From IMG/VR virus record IMGVR_UViG_3300025502_000012: a DNA stretch of 64,000 nucleotides. One strand, given 5' to 3'. The translations under genes were made by a program, and so were the position numbers. Position 1 is the stretch's first letter, and the number at the start of each line of letters is the position of its first letter. This stretch comes from an uncultured virus (IMG/VR IMGVR_UViG_3300025502_000012) (taxonomy: Duplodnaviria; Heunggongvirae; Uroviricota; Caudoviricetes). Shown here piece after piece: positions 39,655 through 50,520 of this stretch. The notes below the pieces were generated by a model. It saw only the letters and a list, made by a program, of their open reading frames with translations. It was not told the DNA's origin and searched no databases.

Positions 39655-40023
39655 TTACACATCTTCTAAAACTGAACATACTACATCAATTGAAGAACCT
39701 GCTGAAGCTTCAGCTCTTAAAACATCGGCATTTGTACCATCGTTTATTAGAACTATCTTATTACCTTGCATTATTTCAACTGTTGTATTACCTGGAACTT
39801 TTAATCCGTTAACGATATAAGAATCGTTTGAACCATCTTCATTATCTAAAAATAGTCCTACTGTTCTCTCTGCTGCGTTTTTATTACAAACAGATATACC
39901 TATTACGATACTTTCTAAAGCTGATGAACCAGCACCTGCTGGGACACTATAAATTGCGTCTCCTGAAGCACCTGTTCCTGTTCCGACATTCGGTTTTGCG
40001 AATCTTTTAAAATCGTTAGCCAT
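39655..40023 (-). CDS. Small virion protein following the IALG-terminated fibre
   Basis: MANDFK...IVIGISVCN...GNKIVL...SVLE; TATAAATA at 40049-40056. Confidence 0.65.
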   Translation of the reverse strand: MANDFKRFAKPNVGTGTGASGDAIYSVPAGAGSSALESIVIGISVCNKNAAERTVGLFLDNEDGSNDSYIVNGLKVPGNTTVEIMQGNKIVLINDGTNADVLRAEASAGSSIDVVCSVLEDV

Positions 40024-40104
40024 TGTTTTTTTTATCCTTATTCTTTTATATTTATATAGTTTTAAATCTTAATACTAACTTTTTTTAGTAATAAAACCGT
40101 TTTA

Positions 40105-40533
40105 TTATCCTAATGCTATCGCTTGTGCGATTGCGAAAGGTTGAGTTGCCACTGATGTACTATTAATAGTCATTGTAGCTGCCTCTATATTACCAGTAGC
40201 TGTGACACTACCTATGCCAAGACTTGTAATACCTGATAGTGTATTATCTAAAGATACAGTCAATGTATCTGTTGCACTTACAACAGCATTTATATTATTA
40301 GACCCCACCACATTTAAGGTATCTCCACCAGAAATAGCTTGTGTAGTAGAAGACGAATCTCTCAAAGTAAATGAAGATGTTGCTCCAAAAGCTTCATTGA
40401 TAGCACTTACTAAACTAGATTTATCACTAGTATTTAGACTAGTTAAATCTCCTACATCTGTACCCGCTAACGAGTTAAATGTAGTACGAAAAGTATTTAG
40501 TGTATCTGTTGTTGCTACTGATCTTATTGCCAT
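40105..40533 (-). CDS. Short fibre-like virion protein
   Basis: TDTLNTFRTTFN N-terminus, KSSLVSAINE, C-terminal FAIAQAIALG. Confidence 0.65.
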   Translation of the reverse strand: MAIRSVATTDTLNTFRTTFNSLAGTDVGDLTSLNTSDKSSLVSAINEAFGATSSFTLRDSSSTTQAISGGDTLNVVGSNNINAVVSATDTLTVSLDNTLSGITSLGIGSVTATGNIEAATMTINSTSVATQPFAIAQAIALG

Positions 40534-40534
40534 C

Positions 40535-40756
40535 TTATTGCTTTACAACTCCTTTTATCAAATCTTTAATTTCTCTTAATTCTGCCTTTAGATTATTTAT
40601 CTCTATTACAACGCCTCTTATTTCATCACCTTGTTTTTCTCTTGCATTAACTCTCGCCATATATAACGAATATTCGTTTTGATTAGTATTGATGATACCA
40701 TTTGATCTTGTATCTCTTACTAAACTTTCAAATCCTTCTACTTTTACTTTTGCCAT
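40535..40756 (-). CDS. Conserved small hypothetical protein
   Basis: KVEG..LVRD..S.GIINT motif plus C-terminal coiled coil. Confidence 0.65.
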   Translation of the reverse strand: MAKVKVEGFESLVRDTRSNGIINTNQNEYSLYMARVNAREKQGDEIRGVVIEINNLKAELREIKDLIKGVVKQ

Positions 40757-40757
40757 A

Positions 40758-43700
40758 TTATAACGCCAATGCTATTGTTCTAAAGTCTTTTAATCTTGCT
40801 GGTAGAGATGATACTGTACCATTTATAACTATCTTAATTTGAAAAGATGTAAATTCAGGTAAATCTTTTTTACTAAATTTGTAATCTTTAAAATCTACAT
40901 CTAATACTACATCACCATTTGACGGATCAACAGTGACATCTGAAGTACCATCTATATTGAATGGAGTAAATTCTATATCTTCTATTCTTCTTGTTTCCTC
41001 ACCACCTGATAATCTAAAGAAACATTTAATAGATGAACTTGATCTTACACTAGCAGCTAATCTAACATCTAACGCAGTTGAAGCATTAGCTAAGTTAATT
41101 GGTTTTGTTATATAAGAACCTGAAGAAGAACCACCTTCTATTGCTGTGTCATCTTCGTAATCTACTGTATTTGTAATTTTTGCTATAACTTTTGAACCAC
41201 TTGCTGGTGCAACACCCATAGTTAAAGTTGTACCTGAAACTGTAAAGTCGTCAACTGGTTGTAATTTTTTACCATCTTTTTTAATTGATAGAATATGAAC
41301 ACTACTTGGTGTACCAGATAATGTAAATGCAACTGTTGAACCATCTCCTGTAAATGTGCTTGTAGATGATATTGTAGGATTATTTAATCTATTTGTAATC
41401 GCAAAAGCATTTATTCTTTTTAAATCTATTACTGGCGATAAATTAGCATTTGTTGAACTCATTACAAAATTCATAACAATTGATTTAGAACCTGACATTT
41501 CATTTGTTTGGTTAATATCACTTGCAACTAGTTTTGGATTATCAAAGTAATAGTTATCACCTATTACAATATTTTCAGCAGCAGATGTTGCTTGTAAGCT
41601 AAACGCTGTTTCTGAACCGTGAACTGATCTACCTGTTGTAGTTCTTAAAGTAGCTGTTAAAGCAGTTGCTGGTTGTACTATATGACCAATTTGTGGCTGT
41701 AATACATCATACAATCTATTTTGTGTAGCTGTCACAGCTGTACCACCAACATCACCTGTTGCGTTTGCTGTACCAGCTGTTGTAATATCATAACTATCTA
41801 AAGTTATGTTTGAAATACTTGTATATGTTCCATTAATCGCAGAATGAGCTATACCATTGTAAGTACCAGCAGGTATCCCAGCGATTATAACATTATCTGT
41901 TATAGAATGCATTCCATGATTTTTATGGAACACTCTTATTATACCAGTACCATTAAATGTTCTTAATGAATTGGTGTCTAAAGTTTTTACAGGTAGAGTA
42001 GCATTTGCTAATGTTAAAGTACCAGATGTAGTTGTATCAAATACAGCTTTTTTTAATTTGAACTTCATATCTTCCATTTGTTCAGGCGTCCAAGTACGAT
42101 AGTTAGCAGATTTAAACAATACACCACTTGATGGTTGTTTAGATACTGTTCTATTTGTATCAAGTGCTTTTTCACCTAATCTTGCTATGTAAGCTGTGTA
42201 ATCTGTTGAGTCTGAATATAATACTATACAATATTCAATACCTTCTTGTAAATAAACAGGACTATTAAAAGTAAATGTAGTTGCTGTAGAACCATCTGTA
42301 CTTGTATTTACAGAACCTGGATTTAAATATTTTTGTGCGAATGGTATAACTTTTTGTCCAGGATAGCCATTGATCATATTTCTTATTTCTGCTCTTACTG
42401 GAATTGTATCTGATTTAGTAGCAAAGAAAGCGTCTAAAGAAGTGATATATACACCATCTGTATCATCAATTATAAATGATTGCGCTAATGGATCGCCTCC
42501 ACCACCACGATTATTATTTTGAGGCTGTCTTACCGCAACAACTCTACTTGCTGTTCTAGTTGTAGTTTGAGAAGATGTGACTGATGTTCTCTGTATTGAT
42601 GCTTCTCTTGTAGCAACAATAGCTTCTTGTGTTGTTTCTAATAAACCTTTAGCAGAATAATCACCTTCAGCTGATGTGGCAACATTTGTTCTATCTTCAC
42701 TATTTGTAGATGAACTTGTTAATCTAAATATTCTTTTACCTGTTCTCCATTTAGGATTTGAAGTATTATTTGGATCAGGAATAGCAAATGAACCTTTTAC
42801 ATAACCATTTGTATCTGTAATTAAATTTCCACCTAATGAACCTCCGTCAGGAGTAATATAAGCGGTAATTACTATGTTATCAAAATAACCATAAACTTTA
42901 GTATTTGGTCTTAAACCATAACCTTCAAAAGTTATTGTTCTACTTCTAATAAATGGTATAAAGTTAACTGACATAACTCTAGCACCTAAACTTTGTCTAA
43001 CTGATTGAGGTACTATTGTTGTTCTAATACCTGCTCTTGTTTGTACAACATCTCTACTTGTAGTTTGTACTAAAGAATTACCTTGCCAGCTATTACTTGA
43101 TCTAGGATTACCTGACCATTGATCTTGCCATTCATTCCACTCAGTACCTACTGGTAATTCTTGTGAAGTATTACTTAATCCTAACTCTCTTGCTAAGTTA
43201 TCAAATGTACCATTAAGATTTACAACTAATTCAGGAGCAACTCTTGTTTCTTTCCATTCATCAACTGGTGGGTCCAATTCTACATTACCAATCCAATTAA
43301 ATACTAAAAATGGATTTAAGTTTTCTGTTTTAGTAGCATATGGTTGTTCTAAATAAGTTGCTTCTGTATATGGTAAAGTAATTAGGTCACCTGTTTTAGC
43401 ATAATTAGCTGCTGTTCTATCAGCCGCTAATATAGAAGTTAAATCATCATCAACTTCTTCCATTTCAATAACATCTTCACTAAATGGGGTTCTTGCTTCA
43501 CCTCTTGCTCTATCAATAGATAGTTTGTAATCATTGTTCCCTACATCACCAACATTGTGGCCTGTAAAGTTATCTACAACAAATCCATTTTTAAATCTAT
43601 CAAAACCATTTTCGTCTTGTATCTGTAAACTTTGAGCATCAGCTTCTAATAAAGAAAGTTGAGTATAGTATTCTATATTTTTAATTCTATTTTCTAAAGA

Positions 43701-46700
43701 GCCAATATCTCTCATTGTGTATCTGCTATTATCTTCAGCTCTTACTAATACTTCATCTGTATTTAAAGTATAACTTGGTATAGTTAATGTAGCTAATAGT
43801 AAATGTCCATCTAAATTTCCTGGCTCTAATGGATTGATAGCACTAGCACCTTTTAATATTTTTAAATCGCCTTGTCTAGTGATGAAAACTTTATCTATTC
43901 TATTTAAGAAAAATTCAAAGTCTGTTGTTATATCTGAATTGAATTGTGGTATATCAATAGTTGATCCACCTGTTCCATCAAAACTTCTATCGTTATTACC
44001 TGAATTTATTGTACTAGCATCATCTACTCTAGGTCTATAATCTAAACAATCTCTTAATTGAAATTTACTACCTGTTGTATCTGAATTATAACTTGGAATA
44101 TCTTCATAGTCAATTACCCCAGCATAAGAATCAACATCAAAATAATCTCCTGATCCATGTGAGAAGAAATCAAAGTTAACAAGTAATCTACCTGTTGGTC
44201 TAATCGCACCAGGTTTTAATTTTAATCTTCCTATGTCATAGAAATTATCTCTTTGTCCATTATCTAAATTAAATCTATTTGTAATATCTGTATGTGAAGT
44301 TGTAGCAACTGTTCCAAAAGCAGGTGACATATAAACATTATTGATTTTGAAAATATCAGCTTTACCTAAACCAATTGTACCACTTTCAATAGTTGCTTGA
44401 GTTGAAATAGCAACTGTTGAGCCACTGTTTAAAGCTTTTGTTTTTGAACCAGCAACCGTTCTTACTATTGTTGCTAAAATCTTTAATTTATGTCCTTGAA
44501 AATTAGCACCTAAATCTACTGTTAGTGTTTTACCTGTTGGTGAACCACCTAATGTAAAGATAGAATCACCTTCGTGGTTATTTCCACCTAAATTTAATAC
44601 ATCTCCAACTGCGCCAGTTCCACCAGCGCCAGTTGTCATAACTGTAGCAGTAAAATCATCACTTGCGAAAGAAGCAAATGTTTCATTTGTACCTGCAGTA
44701 ATTGTGACATCACCATTTGATGATAATGTACCTGTGAAGTTTCTTCTAACATTAAAGTTAGTATCTGTTGCATCACTGTTTGCAGTTGTTTTTAAAGTTT
44801 TAATTGTGACATGAGGTAAGTCAAATATTGAAATATTGTTTTCAGGATTTGTAAGTTTTGCTCTTTTAACTGTTAATACTGAAGCTGTAGTGACATCACT
44901 ACCACCTACATTAGCTGTTAATTCTAATTCTGTTTGAGATACAATATACTTAACTATACCGGATACTGTTCCGTTTGCGTTATTTGTAAATGAAACTGTA
45001 TCTCCTATTTTCAAATCTGTTGTAAAGTTTGTACCTTTACCAAATACAGTTGCATCACTATTTGCTACTGTGACATTACCTGTAATTGTAGTATTTGATC
45101 CGTATGTACTTGTTGTGTCAGCATCTGCTGTGTATGTTGGAGAACCAGCCATACCAATTTGTTTAACAGAGTTTATATCTCTTGTTTTAACTCCATTGAA
45201 TCCTAAAGTATCAGCTTGAATTGTTCCTGTCGCAGAAGAAGTAGCACCTGATATAACTTCACTAGCACTAAATGTACCTGAAACATTTGATAGTACAACT
45301 ACTGTGTGAGAGGCTGTAGGATTACCTGACTGTGCTGTGACATTTAATGATGTTGTACCATCACTATCAAATAATTCAAAAGTATTTGTTGTAGTGTTTC
45401 TTACAACACAAACTCTTGCGCCTGAGTTAACCGTACTATTTACAGAATATGTTCCACCTGTTAGAGTAATTTGTTGACCATCTCTAAATCCGTGAGAAGA
45501 TAAAGTTGCAACAGAAGGATTGGCAGCTGTAATCGCTATCGCTGCTGATTTAGTAGCAGTGACACTTTGAACAGTACCAGTTGCACCTGAAGTAGCACCT
45601 GATACAACTTCACCTGTTGAAAATGAAGCAGATGTTGTTAAGTTTAGATGAGTAAACATTTCAATATCAAATAAGTAGTGTCTGTATATTGAAGATGTTG
45701 CGTTTATATCACTTGATTCAGTTGCTGATACAGTTTCAAAACCACGAGATTTAGCACGACCAATTTGTGGTACAGTTGTACCCACAGTTGATTGTTGCGT
45801 TCCTCTAACAGCTGTTTTTGTATCAAATAAATTAACTGTTTTAAAAGCTTCTACATCACCAGAAACAAACCCTACATCTGGTTGTCCATAAACATTGTTT
45901 ACATTAATAAAGTTTTTTACATTAAATCTTGTTTTATGATTATTAGCTGTTTCAAAATCTCTAGCTTTTTCTACATCAACAAAAGTTGTTCCAATTCTTT
46001 CAGATTCATAACCTTTTACATAAGCTTTAAATGGAGATACTCCAAGAGCAAGTTTAGTAGCTAAACCACCATTACCACCTGTATAGATACCTCTGTTATT
46101 ACCTGACGATAAATGTTCTCTAACATCAAAGTCTGGATTAGTTAAAACATAATCACCTGATTCGTCAAATGTTCTACGAGCAAGTGTATCTTCTAATACA
46201 GCATATTCAGTGCTTCTAACAATAGATTTTGTAATTCCTTCTTCTACTCTAGCAATTTCATAAAAATTTTCATCTTCTGTTGAAGCCAAAGTTTTTTTAG
46301 CAAGTGATAGTAATATCTTAAATCTGTGTGCGCCTGGAGCATTTGCGTTTGATGAACCAGCTGCGTTATCATTTAATGTTGCATCATCATTAGGTGTCAC
46401 AAAACTTTCTGTGACTGTAAAACCTACTCTATATGATGGTGTGTTTGTGTACTTGTCTAATACTAAACTTCCAGTATCTATTTGTACAAAAAAACCATTA
46501 ATGTAATATACACCTGTTTCAATAGCTGCAGCTGAACCTGTATGTGTAGTTGCTACAACTGCTGATAATGAAACACTATCACTATTTGTTCCTGTGATTG
46601 TTTCACCATCTGAAAATACTAAATCTGTATTGTTTGTTCCAGTCTTATTATATTTTACATAAAGAGTATCTGGGTCAGTACCATCGGTTGCTTCTGTTGA

Positions 46701-47027
46701 AACAATTTTTGCTACTACACCTGAAGTACCACCTGTGATAGTTGTACCCGTTGTAAATTGTGCTAATGTGTTTGAACCTGCAATACTTGTTAACTTAACA
46801 GATGTGTACTCTGTGTCAATAGATACTTGACCAGGGATAATCATTGCTCCTTTTTTGAACAGATGATCGCCAACTCTCTCAATTTGGTTTTGTAATAGTG
46901 TTTGTGACTGTGTTAATTCTCTCGCTTGAACTGCAAATGACGGTCTAAAAAGTATTCTGTGAAACTTTTTTGACTCTGTAAAGTCATCATAATAAGGCGA
47001 GAGGTTAAAGTCTGTTGGACTTGGCAT
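40758..47027 (-). CDS. Large virion structural protein (VrlC-like)
   Basis: PYYDDF..FHRILFRP..VQARELTQ, APGAHR, RFKNGFVVDNF, DPLAQSF. Confidence 0.85.
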   Translation of the reverse strand: MPSPTDFNLSPYYDDFTESKKFHRILFRPSFAVQARELTQSQTLLQNQIERVGDHLFKKGAMIIPGQVSIDTEYTSVKLTSIAGSNTLAQFTTGTTITGGTSGVVAKIVSTEATDGTDPDTLYVKYNKTGTNNTDLVFSDGETITGTNSDSVSLSAVVATTHTGSAAAIETGVYYINGFFVQIDTGSLVLDKYTNTPSYRVGFTVTESFVTPNDDATLNDNAAGSSNANAPGAHRFKILLSLAKKTLASTEDENFYEIARVEEGITKSIVRSTEYAVLEDTLARRTFDESGDYVLTNPDFDVREHLSSGNNRGIYTGGNGGLATKLALGVSPFKAYVKGYESERIGTTFVDVEKARDFETANNHKTRFNVKNFINVNNVYGQPDVGFVSGDVEAFKTVNLFDTKTAVRGTQQSTVGTTVPQIGRAKSRGFETVSATESSDINATSSIYRHYLFDIEMFTHLNLTTSASFSTGEVVSGATSGATGTVQSVTATKSAAIAITAANPSVATLSSHGFRDGQQITLTGGTYSVNSTVNSGARVCVVRNTTTNTFELFDSDGTTSLNVTAQSGNPTASHTVVVLSNVSGTFSASEVISGATSSATGTIQADTLGFNGVKTRDINSVKQIGMAGSPTYTADADTTSTYGSNTTITGNVTVANSDATVFGKGTNFTTDLKIGDTVSFTNNANGTVSGIVKYIVSQTELELTANVGGSDVTTASVLTVKRAKLTNPENNISIFDLPHVTIKTLKTTANSDATDTNFNVRRNFTGTLSSNGDVTITAGTNETFASFASDDFTATVMTTGAGGTGAVGDVLNLGGNNHEGDSIFTLGGSPTGKTLTVDLGANFQGHKLKILATIVRTVAGSKTKALNSGSTVAISTQATIESGTIGLGKADIFKINNVYMSPAFGTVATTSHTDITNRFNLDNGQRDNFYDIGRLKLKPGAIRPTGRLLVNFDFFSHGSGDYFDVDSYAGVIDYEDIPSYNSDTTGSKFQLRDCLDYRPRVDDASTINSGNNDRSFDGTGGSTIDIPQFNSDITTDFEFFLNRIDKVFITRQGDLKILKGASAINPLEPGNLDGHLLLATLTIPSYTLNTDEVLVRAEDNSRYTMRDIGSLENRIKNIEYYTQLSLLEADAQSLQIQDENGFDRFKNGFVVDNFTGHNVGDVGNNDYKLSIDRARGEARTPFSEDVIEMEEVDDDLTSILAADRTAANYAKTGDLITLPYTEATYLEQPYATKTENLNPFLVFNWIGNVELDPPVDEWKETRVAPELVVNLNGTFDNLARELGLSNTSQELPVGTEWNEWQDQWSGNPRSSNSWQGNSLVQTTSRDVVQTRAGIRTTIVPQSVRQSLGARVMSVNFIPFIRSRTITFEGYGLRPNTKVYGYFDNIVITAYITPDGGSLGGNLITDTNGYVKGSFAIPDPNNTSNPKWRTGKRIFRLTSSSTNSEDRTNVATSAEGDYSAKGLLETTQEAIVATREASIQRTSVTSSQTTTRTASRVVAVRQPQNNNRGGGGDPLAQSFIIDDTDGVYITSLDAFFATKSDTIPVRAEIRNMINGYPGQKVIPFAQKYLNPGSVNTSTDGSTATTFTFNSPVYLQEGIEYCIVLYSDSTDYTAYIARLGEKALDTNRTVSKQPSSGVLFKSANYRTWTPEQMEDMKFKLKKAVFDTTTSGTLTLANATLPVKTLDTNSLRTFNGTGIIRVFHKNHGMHSITDNVIIAGIPAGTYNGIAHSAINGTYTSISNITLDSYDITTAGTANATGDVGGTAVTATQNRLYDVLQPQIGHIVQPATALTATLRTTTGRSVHGSETAFSLQATSAAENIVIGDNYYFDNPKLVASDINQTNEMSGSKSIVMNFVMSSTNANLSPVIDLKRINAFAITNRLNNPTISSTSTFTGDGSTVAFTLSGTPSSVHILSIKKDGKKLQPVDDFTVSGTTLTMGVAPASGSKVIAKITNTVDYEDDTAIEGGSSSGSYITKPINLANASTALDVRLAASVRSSSSIKCFFRLSGGEETRRIEDIEFTPFNIDGTSDVTVDPSNGDVVLDVDFKDYKFSKKDLPEFTSFQIKIVINGTVSSLPARLKDFRTIALAL

Positions 47028-47038
47028 TTATTTTCCCT

Positions 47039-48499
47039 CTAAAATTCAATTATTAATTTAACATTCTCAGTTTGATCTGAAGCTCTTGTAATTGGTGCTC
47101 TATTTTCTACATATAAAACATCACCAACATCAGCGTCTAACTCACCAGCACTATATCCACTTGTAAATGCTATACTATCTACCGTTGTTGATGAAGTTGA
47201 TGGTGTAGCTGTAGCACTTGAACTTTGTCCTGTGATAGTATTAGTACCAGAAAACGCTGTTTGATTACCGTTAGTATCAACACCTTCATCATTAAATCTT
47301 GTTTGTATGTAATAAAGAATATTGTTTGAACTATCCCATTCTACAACTTTACCGACTGCGCCAGTAGTTGCTTGATTAATTTCTTCATCTGCTGTAAAAG
47401 TACCAGATGGACTTGTCACTAAAACTGCTTTTGTACCTCTTAAAGTAGTTGCCGATGCGGGCGAACCACCTGACTTAGGGTCTCTCATTAAAGCAACTCG
47501 TCTAAAATCATTTGCAGTTGTAAAGTCACCAGAGTTTGCTGCTTCAGTAGCTTCAAAGTTAGTGTTCAACATTACAAAATACCCACCTAATTCTTGTACT
47601 GCATTAAATCCATGTCCGCCTCTTGGCTCAACAATACAATCTAATTCTGTACCTGATAAACTTGTTGCACCAGCAGCCACAATATCTGCAACTCTAATAT
47701 ATCCAAAAGTGTATCCTGAACCTGCGTTTGTGACTGTCACAGATGTGACTGCACCACCAGAAACAACACAAGTCACTACTCCACCTGTACCATCTCCTCT
47801 AATTGCTATACTAGTGTGCGTACCATTAGTACCACTTGCACCAGCAGTTTTAATTTTTACAACATTTATTGCTCCAGCAGTAGCTGCTGAACTAACTGTT
47901 GAATCAGTTGCAACTGCCATAAAGTCTGTTGATAAAAAGTTTGCTGCTTGAGCCGCTGATAGTGAATACATATATTTCCATTTGTATCCATCTCCAGTTG
48001 ATAAAATAGATGTAGATGTTCCAGTAGGTTCTACTGTTGAATTAGCATTACTATTGTTATCTAAACATTTGTAAACATGGTTTGCACTTGATAGTACATA
48101 ATAAGTAGCGTCAAATAAAGTAGTCGCACCACTATTTGCTGCTTGTACTGAAGTACCACCTGTTATTCTATTACCATAGTCGTGTCTGTAATAATCGTAA
48201 ACTGTACCTGTTGCCCAATTTCTTCTTGGTATAACATATGAAATATCTGAACTAGAAATTTTCTTAGCCGCCAACATATCATCAAAATAAAAGAACTCAT
48301 CTTGTATTGAATCTACTGGTGTTAGAGGAGCTGAATCTGAACCCTCATTTGTTGTTCTACTATCACCTCTAGTTGATGTAGCAAACGCTTGAGGTCTACC
48401 AATACCCATGTAATACACATTTGCTCCAGATTCAGTAAAAGACTCTGTAAACTGTTCTGCGTTGTGTATTCTAAATTTATTTGTTATTATTGCTGGCAT
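47039..48499 (-). CDS. gp8: Baseplate wedge subunit
   Basis: VYKCLDN, DGYKWKYMY, LYVENRAPITRASDQTENVKLIIEF; TATAAATA at 48516-48523. Confidence 0.88.
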   Translation of the reverse strand: MPAIITNKFRIHNAEQFTESFTESGANVYYMGIGRPQAFATSTRGDSRTTNEGSDSAPLTPVDSIQDEFFYFDDMLAAKKISSSDISYVIPRRNWATGTVYDYYRHDYGNRITGGTSVQAANSGATTLFDATYYVLSSANHVYKCLDNNSNANSTVEPTGTSTSILSTGDGYKWKYMYSLSAAQAANFLSTDFMAVATDSTVSSAATAGAINVVKIKTAGASGTNGTHTSIAIRGDGTGGVVTCVVSGGAVTSVTVTNAGSGYTFGYIRVADIVAAGATSLSGTELDCIVEPRGGHGFNAVQELGGYFVMLNTNFEATEAANSGDFTTANDFRRVALMRDPKSGGSPASATTLRGTKAVLVTSPSGTFTADEEINQATTGAVGKVVEWDSSNNILYYIQTRFNDEGVDTNGNQTAFSGTNTITGQSSSATATPSTSSTTVDSIAFTSGYSAGELDADVGDVLYVENRAPITRASDQTENVKLIIEF

Positions 48500-48533
48500 T
48501 TTATTTCCTTATCAATATTTATAATCGTTTTTG

Positions 48534-48627
48534 TTATGGTTTCGTAGGCCATACTAAATTACTTAAATTTACTGCTATCAGCAGTAAATTGGATTCTTAC
48601 TCCATCTACTAGTTTGTATCTTGGCAT
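48534..48627 (-). pseudogene. Internally deleted, frameshifted tail-fibre assembly chaperone remnant
   Basis: MPRYKLVDGVRIQFTA start with AGGAG RBS and TATAAATA (48653-48660); the typical C-terminus NLVWPTKP-stop lies in another frame only about 20 nt later. Confidence 0.6.
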
Positions 48628-48665
48628 TGTTAAGTTTCTCCTTGTTCTCTTTTATTTATAATAGA

Positions 48666-48851
48666 TTACGAAAGACCATACATAGTAATTAAACCATCTA
48701 TATAGGTTCCTGTATCTCTAAAAAATCTTATTTTTGTTAAAGCTGCTGGTATTGATGTAGCATTGGCTATTGAAGCATTTTCTATTAGTGGTCTATTAAT
48801 AACACCACCTGTTAAAACATTGTAAGCTAAATTTCTAGTTATTGTACCCAT
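48666..48851 (-). pseudogene. Probable internally deleted fibre gene (N- and C-termini fused in frame)
   Basis: MGTITRNLA.. N-terminus joined directly to the IRFF..G....G.ITMYGLS C-terminus in only 61 aa. Confidence 0.45.
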
Positions 48852-48852
48852 A

Positions 48853-50370
48853 TTAGTTTAACCTTAATAATCTTATGCTGATCTCAGCAGATGCTGCTGG
48901 AGCAGTCACAAATGTTAGAGTTGTGCCTGAAACTGAATAGTCATCTGTAGGTGTCATTAATACACCATTGACTGTTGTTATTAAATCATTGACTGTTCTA
49001 CCAGATGCGATTGTAAATCCTACTGTTGATCCATCACCTGTTGCTGCTGTATTAGTATATGTAGCAGAACCTGATAAAGGTAAATATCTAATTGAAATTT
49101 TATTACCTGCGCCTGGCGCAGCAGCAAATGTTAATGTAGTACCTGAAATTGTATAGTCAGTAGTAGGAACAAATATTAATCCGTTTACTGTCACAATTAC
49201 ATCATTAACTGCTCTACCAGCTGAAATAGTTGTTGTAGCTGTAGAACCATCTCCTGTAGCAGTACCGTTTGAATATGTTAAAGCACCATTTGAAAATCCA
49301 CCAACGACTTGTATAACATGACCCATGTATGCGTGGCTAGAACATTGATAGTATAATGTTAAAGGTGTATCTTTATCAATAACTATTTGAGTATAAGCAC
49401 CACCACTTCCTGGTGTACCATTTGTAGTGACACCTGTTGTATATGCTTCAGCTTTAGCTGGGTCTTGGTAAAATAATAATGGGTGACCTGAGTTTGTACC
49501 GCTTGCTTGGTCAAATCTATATATACCTGGTGATAATTGTAAAGCTGGACCTTGGTCACCATCTAAAACAAATTTGTTTGATGAACCTGTACCATTATAA
49601 TAATGTTCTGCTGCTTGAGCGGCAACTGTCACTACTATGGTTTTTGTAGGTGTAGCTGAAGATGATCTATGAGATATATAACCTACATCTCTAACCACTG
49701 CGTTTGCTTGGTCTAAATCTGTACCACCAGAAAATCCTGTTAATGTAATTGTATTACCAGAAATAGCTGATGTGACTGAACCAGCGAATACTAATGTTTC
49801 TCCTAGAGCAACAGTATCAGTTGATGAATCACTTCCTTCTATTGTAATTATTGAATTAGCTAATTTTGCGTTTGCGATAGAGCCAGCTAATTGACCACTT
49901 GTTATCGCAGCACTACCTGTTAAGTTTGAAGTAGTTAAACCTGTAATCGTATTATTACCAGCAGCGATAGTTTTATTAGTCAATCCTTGTGTACCTGCTA
50001 GTGTTGCCACCGTTGCGTCAATAGCAAAAGATACTTGATCTGTCGCAACACCAGTTGTTGTAATACCTGTACCACCAGCTAATAATAAAGTGTTGCCAGT
50101 TGAAATTGTTTGATTTGTCCCACCATCACCGGAAACAATGAAATCTGAATTTGCTGCAGCTGTACCTGGTTTGAATTTACCAGTACCTGAATCAAATACT
50201 AATGCTTGTCCATTAGTTGCGCCTGCTACTGAAAAAGTAATTGTAGTGCCATCACCTAATGCTGTATAAATTTCTGTAAAGTTATCGTTAACTAAATCAC
50301 CACCAGCACGAATTGTACTACCTGTACCATCGTTAGCAGTTGTTCCTATATTAATTATTTGTTTGGCCAT
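48853..50370 (-). CDS. Baseplate/tail-fibre connector-like protein (gp9/gp10-type N-terminus)
   Basis: MAKQIINIGTTANDGTG..R.....N.NF.EIY; LYYQCSSHAYMG; two C-terminal GDGST repeats. Confidence 0.75.
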   Translation of the reverse strand: MAKQIINIGTTANDGTGSTIRAGGDLVNDNFTEIYTALGDGTTITFSVAGATNGQALVFDSGTGKFKPGTAAANSDFIVSGDGGTNQTISTGNTLLLAGGTGITTTGVATDQVSFAIDATVATLAGTQGLTNKTIAAGNNTITGLTTSNLTGSAAITSGQLAGSIANAKLANSIITIEGSDSSTDTVALGETLVFAGSVTSAISGNTITLTGFSGGTDLDQANAVVRDVGYISHRSSSATPTKTIVVTVAAQAAEHYYNGTGSSNKFVLDGDQGPALQLSPGIYRFDQASGTNSGHPLLFYQDPAKAEAYTTGVTTNGTPGSGGAYTQIVIDKDTPLTLYYQCSSHAYMGHVIQVVGGFSNGALTYSNGTATGDGSTATTTISAGRAVNDVIVTVNGLIFVPTTDYTISGTTLTFAAAPGAGNKISIRYLPLSGSATYTNTAATGDGSTVGFTIASGRTVNDLITTVNGVLMTPTDDYSVSGTTLTFVTAPAASAEISIRLLRLN

Positions 50371-50518
50371 TGTTCTCTCTTAATAGTGATATTCTATCAT
50401 TTGGTTTAGGGGGTGTCTTAAAAGTAATACTATTATCTTCTAATTTATACTCCTCTTTTGTTAAAACTTTATCATTTATCTTAACAATCAATTTCCTGTT
50501 ATTATTATTTATAATCAT
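50351..50518 (-). CDS. Small protein with one degenerate fibre-adaptor repeat (not in ORF track)
   Basis: MIINNNNRKLIVKINDKVLTKEEYKLEDNSITFKTPPKPNDRISLL..., 55 aa. Confidence 0.45.
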   Translation of the reverse strand: MIINNNNRKLIVKINDKVLTKEEYKLEDNSITFKTPPKPNDRISLLRENNGQTNN

Positions 50519-50520
50519 AA

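Noticed and set aside
48860..49270. Repeated DNA at the 3' end of the fibre gene as a possible diversity-generating retroelement
   Set aside because: These are in-frame protein domain repeats with ordinary divergence, not adenine-specific, and no reverse transcriptase is present
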